This document shows, piece after piece, positions 53,011 to 64,000 of a stretch of DNA of 64,000 nt. Below the pieces are notes generated by a model. The model saw only the letters and a program-made list of their open reading frames with translations. It searched no databases and was not told the DNA's origin. Within the stretch, counting starts at the first letter, position 1, and each line of letters opens with the position of its first letter. The position numbers and the translations under genes were made by a program. Origin of the DNA: Octopus sinensis (Eukaryota); the NCBI RefSeq assembly GCF_006345805.1, contig NC_043003.1:38502001-38566000 (forward strand). Direction: 5' to 3'.

Positions 53011-55760
53011 TGTGTCTGTGTGTGTGCATAGATGCGCACACATGCATGCATGCATGACTGAGTATGTTTTCCTCTTGCTTGACCCAACCAAGCATGGAAA
53101 AGACATTAAATCAAAGATGTTGGTGATTCCATGAGGATGGTAGGGCAGGAAGAGGAAGAAAATATAGAAAAACAGGAAGAAAGAAATACAAACATTTTAG
53201 CTGGTATCCAAACATCTTGTATTATATTTTCCAATTCATACCAGTACAGACCAATGTTTCCTCCAATTTTTAGTAGTCAGTGAGAACAAAAATCTTGTTG
53301 TGCAAAATCTTTTTTCCTGCGATAAAAGTATATGTGCAGTGAATGTATAATATAATTATTAACTATAGCATTATTTTATGTAACTAACCTTTTGTGGATA
53401 CAAAATCTCCTCAAAGATGGTATCGTTTCTAAAATGGTAACTATTTGTTTATGTAGCACACATTAATTTCTTTCGTGTGATGGTTGCAAATGTGTGTCTG
53501 TACACACACATTTACAGACACAGAGTACAGATCATCACTTTGGGGGACAATCTTTTTGTCAATATATTGCAGGTACTTATTTGGTCAATATTAGTGAAGA
53601 TGAAATTGAAAGTGAAACCTATTAAGATTTGAGATCACCTCACAGACATTTAAAAAGTATGTAATGTAATGCTTTGCCAAGACTCTTTGAATACAAAACA
53701 ATGCTATTTCTGTTTTGTTTCTTTTTTTATCTTGATGAGTGTAAATATACAAGAATTCTACACTGTAAGCCAGAAATGGGGGGAACCCTTCTCCCACGTT
53801 TTAATATCATATTGCTTGCTGAAGTTCCTAAAAACCATATGGAAAATACATGCTTTAAGCCTTAAGACCAACCAAAATACTAAATGATTCACTGTTTTTA
53901 TCAGCACAAATGTCATCATAATCATCATCCTCCTTTAATGTCCATTTTCCATGCTGGCATGCATTGGATAGTTTGACAAGAGCTGGCAAGCTGGTGAGCT
54001 GCACATAATTCCAGTCTGATTTAGTCTTGTTTCTACAGTTGGATGCCCTTCTAATGCCAACCACTTTACAGTGTATGCTGGGTGCTTTCAACACGACATC
54101 AGCAAAAGTACCTTTTATGTGACACCAGCACAAGAATCTTGCAGGCCAATCCTCTTCACAAGGAGGAGTAGCCATAACATATTTGTTGCAGAGGTCAGGT
54201 CTTCTTGAGTACAAAGTGCAAGGTATCTCAGACCTTACAAATTCTTAGGCACTGACCTTTGCTTCTGGTACTAAAATGGTTGCCCACTCCAGCTCTACAC
54301 AGTTGAACTACTAGAAATAGCAGCCACATTTCTCTGGAATCACACCCTACCATAAGGGAAGAACACACCGGAAAATGTTGTCATAGTTATACAGAATAGC
54401 AGTGCACCTGCTGCGAGATGACTTGGAACTATATAGCAACATAAAACAGAAACACATGTAAATATTCTACAAGTAAGTCGGTACTTCAAACGACATTGCC
54501 TAGAAGTACCATTATTCTACTTATTCAAATATCCAATAAAGGCGTAATCTTTTTGAAATTTTTACATCTGACAAATTCATTCTTTCAAGTTTTATTTTAT
54601 CATCATCATCATCATACTGCTCTTTCAATAATAATAATAATAATTATTATTATTATTTCTGACATAAACACAACGCAACATATTTTGGGGAGAGTTGATT
54701 CTATTAACTCCAATATATGATTGCAAATTCAGAAGAATGAAAGGCAAATATCAACTCTGGAGGGGTTTCAAAATGTAAGAGAATGTGGCAAAACATTTCA
54801 ATTAAGCACTATCATTTCTGCCACCTTGTAATAATAAAAATAAAATAATTAAGTCATGACTTTGATAGGATCTGAATAAAGACAAGAAAAGCACAGATGA
54901 TCTTAGACAGTAGCTGGGTATTAGGTATTAAAGACACCAACTGAAATCACCATCATTTAATGGATTGGACAGTTTGATATAATCCAACAAGACATGGGAT
55001 TGCACTGAGTTCCAGTGTCAGCTTTAGCCATGGGTTGCCCAGCTGAATGCCTTGCCCAATGCCCACTACATTACAGTGTGTACAAGGTGCTTTTTATGTG
55101 CCACCAAGCACTCGTGAAATTGCTGAGTAACTTGCAAAACGGAAAATGAATGGGGGATGGGGGGAGGCTCCTACAACTAAGAGGAGGGGTGGTATTTGAG
55201 AGCAAAAGATGATTTCGTGCCAGGTGTTGAAAGGCTAAAGTATGATAGGCGGACAAGAACAGGTGTCTTGCTGTTAAAGAGATACATGGCTACCCCACTT
55301 GTATATGCGTGTGTGGGAGTAGTTTGGAAAGATATAAAAGAAGGTAGTAACAGAGTGCCAGAGCAAACTTTCAAAGTTTGAAGAAGAGGAGTATAAGACA
55401 GGATATGGACAGTGGTTCATGGGAGGGAAGGAAAGAGTGGACTTTCATATGAGTGTGAGGTGAGAGTAACAGATGGTCGGAGATGAGGGTAAAGGTAGAT
55501 ATAGTGAGTAATGAACAGGGGTGGTGGTACAGTTGGATGGAAATATCAGAGTGGGAAGACGTAAGGTGGGGAGATAGAAGTAGGTCAAGAAGAATAGATC
55601 AGAAGGTAGTGAAGAGAAATGATTACATTGTTATAAACACATGATGAATTTACAGAGTGAGAAAGTACCTTCAGCTGATGGTGGAAAGTACCTATTGATT
55701 GAAGGCATGAGGTCAGCTCTCAGAACATTGGAAAATGATGTAAAGATACAATGTCAAAAT

Positions 55761-55813
<53 letters not shown>

Positions 55814-58189
55814 ATATACTTGTGTGTCTGTTTGTTACCCCAACATCACTTGGTGTGTTTACGTCCCCGTAACTTAGCGGTTCGGCAAAAGAGACCGATA
55901 GAATAAGTACTAGGCTTACAAAGAATAAGTCCTGGGGTCGATTTGCTCGACTAAAGGTGGTGCTCCAGCATGGCCACAGTTAAATGACTGAAACGAGTAA
56001 AAGAGTAAAGTATATAGTGCTTGAAAAGAAATTCTATGATACACCATCATAATCTACATTAACATTTCTCTTATTATCATATTTTACTAATTCCTTCTTA
56101 TGTTGTATGAGTGTGTGTGTGTGTAGCCTTTCTCATTATTTTTCTACTATTCTGTCTAGACTCTTATGCATGTTGTAAAGCTTCATAGAGTATGAAATCA
56201 TTAATCTCAGGTAGTCACCCTAAACAGGTCAACATCAACAGCGCAGTCATTAAAAAAAAAAAACCCAGAAAATGAGTGTACACTCACATACGTAACTCAA
56301 GTTATGTCCTACAAACTTATTACTTCCTACTTTTTATGTTAAAGTGATTAGAACACCTGGCCATGACATTTCATTTCTGTAGTTTTTAAAGGCCCAGGTG
56401 TTTGTTTTCGCTGGCACACAAAATGATGTCATACTTATAATACAATCAGGGCACTCTCTAATGCCAGTGCTTTGTGTAGGTGGGATAGGTGTCAGCAGTG
56501 GAAAATAAACATCAAAACAAAACGTAGTTAATTATTGAATATCATGAGTAAATATAAGCTTATAATACCTGTGTCTGAAGTGAAAATTTTAAAATCACAG
56601 TTATCATTGTAAACATTCTACTTTAAGCAATTCACACCTCATGAGTTGTTTTAAGTGTTTGTTCTTTTATTGTTACAGTAAAATCCTAAAATTCTACACT
56701 CGTTACTTTACATCAATTTTTCTATGCTGGTATGGATTAGCTAAGCCTCAACACCTTACCGCTTGTTGCTTAATCATTATACAAATTTTTACTGCTTTAG
56801 GTTACATGATCCAAGTATTAAATTAAGTGTTTGATAACAATAACCAACTGATATAACCTAGAAAATTAGTGGAAAATTACTCCATATTTTCAAAGTTTAC
56901 TGACAGAAATTATAACTTTTGTGCTTATCAACACTAAGTGCTTGGGCTCATAGTCGACCACAGCAGAACTAGTACTCGCTCCTTAAATTAACCAATATGT
57001 TGATAATGAGAAAGAAAAATAGCTACATGTCAGTCCTTGTCTTTCCAATGGACTTCATATGAACTGAACGAGAGATTCCTAGATTAGGGTAGACTTTTTT
57101 TCCCCAGCTGTTCCCCATGCAAATTTAATGAGCTATTGACTCTTCCATCTCACTGTAGCACACTATGCAGATAATATGTAGTCCATGGAGCAATTAGATA
57201 CCTTGTTGACCAGATAGTATTTATTAATCTATAAAATGCCTAATGATTTTATATTACAAGATGGCAGAATTTGACAGTAGGTTCCACAAAACAAGACTAG
57301 GTAGATCCAGTAGAAATAAATAACTACTGCTATGAAAATGTAATGAAAGGTAATAAAATGACAACAGCGGAAAACTGTCCTGTTTTTCATATGTAATCAA
57401 CAATACTGCCCAGGTCCTCATAGGTCTAGAGGCCTAATGCTAATCTACGTATGCTGTAGTTGTGCATGTAACGACATTAATGCATTGCTTTGCTAGGGAA
57501 AGGGGCAAGGCTATATTGCCATCACAAAAGCTCTGTAAGTAATACCAAATAATCAGTAGCAAGGATCACTACAGCACTAATCTCCTGCATAGACTGTACT
57601 ACTGGAAATATGTAAAACATGTAAAGAATGAATGAAAATTAATTTCAAGTTGTCTTAAGGTGATGAGCTGGGAGAATCATTAGCATGCTGGGGAAAATGC
57701 TTAGTGGCATTTCATCCATCTTTACACTCCTAGTTCAAGTTCAGCCAGATTCGATTTTACCATTCAGCCTTTCGGGGTTGATAAAATAAGTTCTGGTTGA
57801 ACACTAGGGTCAATTTAATTTACTTAGCCCCTTCACTCCCAAAAAATGCTGGCCTTTTATTAACCAATATCAAGGTATCTTTCAAGTCCTTTGTTAACCA
57901 TAGCAAACCATAAGACAGTCATAATCATCATTGTTTAACATCCTCCTCCCACACTGGCATGGATGAGACAGTTTGACAGGAACTAACCAGACAGCCTGTG
58001 CCATGCTTCTGTGTCTGTTTTGGCATAGTTTTTATAGCTGGATGTCCTTCCATACACCAACACCATAGAGTGGACTGAGTGCTTTTCATGTAGCAGCAGT
58101 ACAAGCAAGGTCAGTTTTAGCATGGTTTTTACAGCTGGTTCCCCTTCCAAGCACCAATAATTTTACAGTGTTAACTGGATGCTTTTTAT

Positions 58190-58804
58190 AATAATAATAA
58201 TAATAATAATAATAAACATTGTGTACAGTGCTCAGGTGCACTACAACTCATCTAAAGTGCATATATAATCAGGTGTAGTTTCGACGGATTTCGGAAAGCA
58301 TGAGGGCCTTAAAGGATGCAGTGTCATGGCAGTCAACAACTGACGCAGGCAGTTTATTCCATGCTTCAGCAACTCTGAGCGTGAAGAAATGTTTCCGAAA
58401 GTCATGGGAGCTGTGTTGTTTTCTGACTTTGTAGGCATGTCCACGTGTGTTAGACACATGGAAATCAAAAAGGTGTTCAGTGTTGTTATTGGTGAGGTTG
58501 TTGACAACTTTGTGGGCGTTTACCAAGTCTGTCGCCAGACGCCGGAGCTTCAGTGAATCCATGCCCAGGGAAACAAGGCGCTCAGAATATGGTAGGTGTC
58601 TGATGGAGGGTATGCGTTTCGTTGCACGTCTCTGAACAGATTCCAGGAGGTCAATGTTCTGAGCAAGATAGGGGTTCCAAACTGATGATGCGAATTCCAA
58701 GTGTGGTCGTACCATAGCTGTATACAGTTTTAAATAGATGGCTGGAGAGCAGCTAACAAAAGTCTTGCTGAGTGATGCCAAGACACCCTCGACCTTCTTG
58801 ACAA
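58190..58804 (-). mobile_element. Young CR1-group LINE 3' fragment with (ATT)n tail and TSD
   Basis: Uninterrupted 170-aa frame LYTAMVRPHLEFASSVWNPY...LESVQRRATK...YSERLVSLGMDSLKLRR...FFTLRVAEAWNKLP. Flanked by a TTTTTAT direct repeat (58183-58189 and 58805-58811). Confidence 0.93.
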
Positions 58805-58971
58805 TTTTTATGTGGCATCAGCACTGAAAGAATCACCAAGTAACTGGCAAGACAAAGTGGGTATACTTTTTTAGACTAGTAACTCATATTTAGATAAGAA
58901 AGTCAGATAAAGAAATCCTTTGCTAATATTTGAAGGATATTTTTCTTTTTCCCATAAGAGAAATTATCAAA

Positions 58972-59350
58972 GACGTAGGAGTGGCTGTGTGGTAAGTAGC
59001 TTGCTTCCCAACCACATGGTTCCTGGTTCAGTCTTGGGCAAGTGTCTTCTACATTAGCCTTGTGCCGACCAAAGCCTTGTGAGTGGATTTGGTAGACGGA
59101 AACTGAAAGAAGCTTGTTGTATATATGTATATATATATATGTGTGTGTATGTGTGTGTGTTTGTCCCCACAACATCGCTTGACAACCAATGCTGGTGTTT
59201 ACGTCCCCGTAACTTAGCGGTTCAGCAAAAGAGACCGATAGAATAAGTACTAGGCTTACAAAGAATAAGTCCTGGGGTTGATTTGCTCGACTAAAGGCAG
59301 TGCTCCAGCATGGCCACAGTCAAATGACTGGAACAAGTAAAAGAGTAAAG
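58972..59350 (+). mobile_element. tRNA-derived SINE family B with internal (TA/TG)n
   Basis: gtggctgtgtggtaag...cccaaccacatggttcc...gtggatttggtagacggaaactg-microsatellite-...aatgactggaacaagtaaaagag. Other copies at about 742-1437, 1700-2030, 10725-11115, 19206-19970, 34820-35130, 36548-36880, 39205-39570, 55820-56010 and 63078-63220. Confidence 0.9.
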
Positions 59351-62300
59351 GAGCTGGAACTATCAACCTGGTGCAGACTTAGAAGTCACTAAAATGAAAA
59401 GACAGACCTCACCGATAAAGTGGAAGCATATTGCTTAGTGGTTAGAGTGTTGGAGTGTTGGACTTAAGATAATAAGATTGTGGTTTCAATTCTGGACTAG
59501 GCAATGCATAGTGCCCTTGAGCAAAACACTTCATTTCATGTTGCTTCAGTCCACTCAGCTGGCAAAAATGAGTAATCATGCAATGGACCGACATCCCTTC
59601 TAGTGAAGAAATATATATGCCACAGAAACCAGGTAAACTGATCCAATGAGTCTATATGGCTTGGAAAAGAGCAGTTCTTCTTTTTTATTTTTATTTATTT
59701 TTTTTTGCATTGGTAAAGTTTATGCAGCAAGTACCTGCAAATTTCCACAATAAAAAGGAATTCATCACTACCGCCACTCCATTTTCTCATGCACATGCTG
59801 CATTTCACCTTTTGGCAAACAATAGGGCTTGATTCAGGGAAATGGGGAGAGATTTAGCTGCTATATCTAGCAAGTCGAGTGTCTATATAGAGGATCCCTC
59901 TTTGACACCACACACACACAAAAAAAAAAGACTAATCAAAACTGTTTGTGACGCAGAGGCTAACATATTTAGGACAGTTTCACAAGCCAACAAAACAGGG
60001 CAGCACATCATCTAAAGCAGTCAGTCAGCTGTTGAAGCCACAATTAGAACCTCCTTCCTCTGTTCCAAAATCCAGTACTTCATTGACTTCGTAAGGTCAG
60101 CATCATTATTATATATCTAGAGAGAGGATGTGGATGTTTTATTGACTACGGATAAAAATAATAATAATAATAATTAAATTTAAAAAGAGGCCAAAAGTTA
60201 TGGGGGGGGGGGAGTTAGCATCACATGAACTGGAAAAAAAAAAAAAACCAACAAAACTAGGTTAAAATAGCAAAATGCATGTTCCATGCCGGGAATGTGG
60301 GGTGGAGGGGATATCAGTGGCATTAGAGGAAAGTGGAAGGTAACAGGTGCTACTGTATTTTAGATCTTGCCAAAACAATCCCAGAAACTGGTTCTCACAT
60401 GTTATTAGTGTCTTTGGGAAAGACATGACTATCACACACCTCCATTTTCCTGCCTCTTCTACAAGGGATAATCACACATTAATAATCTAATTGGTCCCAA
60501 ACACAGTATACCAGCATAGATAATATGCTCAGGAAACAGCAGCAGGCATGCTACTACAATTAAATTCACTTTTTCTGCCTATGTTATTGACCACAGCAGG
60601 ATAGTCATAGCTGGAACACCTCTGGTGTTGGGTCTGCTCAATCAGAGTTGATTTGGAGCTAAATAACAACATTATTAACCTACACTGAGGGATGAGTGGC
60701 AAAAACTGAACTCAGACAGTAGAGGAATGTTAATTAAAATTCAGGTATTTAATTCAATGAGGGGACAAAAGAGCTAAGTGGACAGCATACTGGCCAACCC
60801 TGATGAATGATCAATAGTTTGGAGCTGGCTCCCAGCAATGTGCTGTCTTCACAGATAAGACACCTGGCTCTCCCAACTCACCCAGTTCATCATTTACAAC
60901 CTTTTTTTTTTAATCTATGGACACCTTTGATTATCATTTTATTCTGGTGGATCCCATTTGCATTCAATGTTTAAAAACTAGTTTTATAGAAACTTCTTTC
61001 AAAATTCCTATTTTGTTTTTTACACATTAACTTCTGTAGGTTGAACTTATGTAAAATGTTAGGAAAAGAAACCTACCTGTTTCTTACAGAACATACCAAT
61101 ACATACATCTAAAGTGAAATGTTTCCAGGGGTCCTTAAAATACTATTGTGGGTTTCCAGTTTACTATTTTGTTGCATGGGCCCCCCAAAATCTTATATGG
61201 ACCCTCAGGCGTCATATGGACCCTAGTTGAGAACCACTGGTCTAGCTGTAAAAAGTTATGACAAGATATGAGCCTCTATAATAATACAGTAAAATTGATG
61301 AGTGAATTGTTAGCTTACAGCACTGAGTTGAAAAGTGTTGGCTGTCCTGAAGTCAAAATTAGTTACCCATTGTTAAAGTATCTTTGCTCACAAGAATTCT
61401 AGTAATTCATTCAATCATCAGATAATTCAACTAAGAAGGAAATAAAGACATATGTAATTCTTTAAACAGGCTGTAATTCACAAATGATAAGAATACTAAC
61501 TTGCTTCGTTTGCCAGATCCCACTTACATGGAAACAAAGACACAAAATATATATGGTGCCATATATTAAAATAAGATAAAGTAAGATATTAAGATAAAAA
61601 AAAAGGAGGCAAACAAAAATACTATCTGCAATAAATTAAAATTTGACAATACTTCTAGAATATCAAGGATAATTACTAGTATGCAAAAGCATACTGTTCA
61701 AAAACAGTTTGCTGTTACAAAAAAAACTTCAGGCCTCACAGACACTGTCATCAAAATTCTGATACAATATCATCCTAAGAAAACTAATTTTCTAGTCATT
61801 CAGTCTAGACTAACTCCTGGAACACTACTAAAACCACTAACCTAAAAGCATTATTTCTCCTACCAAGCCCAGACAAACATAAAAAATAGATACACACTAA
61901 AAACTGCTTCAAGATCAATCAAATCAATGATAATATGACATCCCAAACATCATGCTGGGATTCATACCATCAATCATAAGTGCAGAGGAACAATGACTGT
62001 TGCACTTGGAGTCCACCTTGCTCGCCTCTGTTATGTCCAACATCAGAACCTATAAACATACAAGAACAGTCTAGGAAGTAAAGAAAAAGCAATATGCTCA
62101 GATTGGTATTCTGTATGCCATATGATAAACCACAACAGGACAGAGTACACAGAATGGTCCTGCACTAGGCAGAAGCATACTAAAGAGCAAATATGAATCA
62201 CACCTAATTCAACTGAACTAGCTACATGTCTGGTTACTACAAGTCAAATACTACTCTCTGCACACACTGTAATAAATCATTTACAATCTTTATAAATTAA

Positions 62301-63509
62301 AGAAAACACGAAGATGGGTCAACTTAAACATGTGAAATGCAGCAGGATATGGAAATATGACAACGTATGAATGTTTACACTGTATTTTATGTTGACTTGT
62401 ACGTTAGAAAATATGATGGATGTGTGCAGGAAACATTTGGTGTAAAATATATTAAATTCATAGAACACCAAATGACTACTTCCATTGAAACACTTAATTA
62501 TCTGTATATATTTTCAAGTGAAACAATGTCAAGCTCATATGAAGTGCTTACAATGTCATTGTACATGTGACGGCTTGGATAGTGAAATGTATTTATGTCA
62601 ACCTGCTACCAGTAGTATTCATCATCGTTTAGCGTCTGCTTTCCATGCTAGCATGGGTTGGACGGTATTATTGTAGATAAACCCACTGAGGATGGAAATG
62701 ATATAATAAACAAACTCAAAAATTGTAAAAAGTGGAAGAGTTATGTGACTTGCTTATGGGCACAAGTACTACATTGAGGTTTGATTTCCTAACTCTGGGG
62801 CTCATTAGTACAGCACCATAACCTTCAGATCATATTCACTATACTGACCACATGGTCACAAGTTCAAATATTACTATTGAGTTTTAACTAAATAAAAACT
62901 AGTTCATGGTTGAGTGGCCAGCAGTATGAAGTGGTTTGGGATGTAAAAACAATCGTTCAGAGTTGGACAAAACACAAGTAAGGATGTAAAATAAGTTCTA
63001 AAAGATTCTCTAAATACCGTTTCCGTAGAGGAAAGTGAAAGCCAATATCAATTAGTTTATTCCTTTATTATATATGTGCAGGTATAACTGTGTGGTTAAG
63101 AAGTTTGCTTCCCAACAACTTGGTTTTGGATTCAACTCCACCACATGGCTTTTTGGACAAGTGACTTCTAAAGCTCCAGGCCGATCAAAGCCTTGTGAGT
63201 GAATTTAATAGAAACTGAAAGAAGAGAGAGAGAGAAAGAGTGTGTGTGCGCATGCGCGCACGTGTGTGCATGCGCACTTCCTTGTCTTCCTATGTTTGGT
63301 CATAGGAAAATGTTACCTTGCTTGGAAACAGGTAAGGGTTGCAAGAGAAGCGCATCCAACCAATGAACGATTTACCTCAATGAATTCTGTCTGGCCCATG
63401 CAAGAATGGAAAGGTTGGTATTAAGATAGTGGCAGTAGTGGTGGCAATGGCAATTATGATGGTTCTTTCAGGGTGCCTATTGAAGTATTTTGTCTCTCTT
63501 GTGACTTAC

Positions 63510-63605
63510 CTCAGCTACTGCTGTATTGCATTTTCCAGCAGGTGTGGCCGATATTGCAAGAGTATAACAACAAAATAGTTGTTACTCATAACAAAATATT
63601 GATTC
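63510..63605 (-). other. Candidate non-coding (5' UTR) exon
   Basis: Consensus donor GAG|GTAAGT at 63509 and acceptor ttgttctatgtttAG. All three frames contain a stop. Supported by splice motifs only. Confidence 0.2.
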
Positions 63606-64000
63606 CTAAACATAGAACAAATTTATGAGATTAGATTAAATCACCCCAATTAGTTGACTGGTGGTTCTTTCCATCAACCCCCAAAGGATTAAAAGTGAAG
63701 TTGATTTCAGTGACATTTGAACTCAAAACAAAACGCCACAACTGAATACCACAAGAGACAGAGGATCACACATTTATTTTCAACGCACTATCTCTTCTGC
63801 CAATCTTTTAGGAGGAAAAAATAGAAAGCAGACAATAGTTATCAGACCATGGGATGAATTATTTGTGAAGATACCTCTACAAAAACAATACTTGTTTCAA
63901 CAAGTTTCTACATCAAAACTCTTACCAAATATATAAAAAGGAAGGAAATATTATGTCTGTATGTTTACTTTGTATTATGCATGTTCTAGAGTCCTACATA

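Overview
AT-rich, repeat-dense eukaryotic (animal) DNA. The SINE, LINE and microsatellite landscape and the desaturase exon suggest an octopus or other coleoid cephalopod (inference, not verified). The only clear host coding sequence is the first coding exon of a delta-9 (stearoyl-CoA) desaturase on the minus strand (ATG 13051, GT donor after 12829). I could not find its later exons, so the intron probably runs past position 1. The rest is intronic or intergenic and dominated by mobile-element relics: a decayed piggyBac with five MITEs that share its ends, RTE- and CR1-type LINE 3' fragments, several tRNA-derived SINE families, hAT and Tc1-like MITEs, a non-autonomous Helitron, a tRNA-Glu pseudogene, a 30-bp minisatellite and several long palindromes. 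The most interesting signal is a set of minimal type-I hammerhead ribozyme motifs in three unrelated repeat families. One family is a Penelope-like element whose 3' end runs GIY-YIG C-terminus, tRNA-like Pol III cassette, then hammerhead. Most ORFs in the supplied track are microsatellite or repeat artefacts. Coordinates of decayed repeats are approximate.
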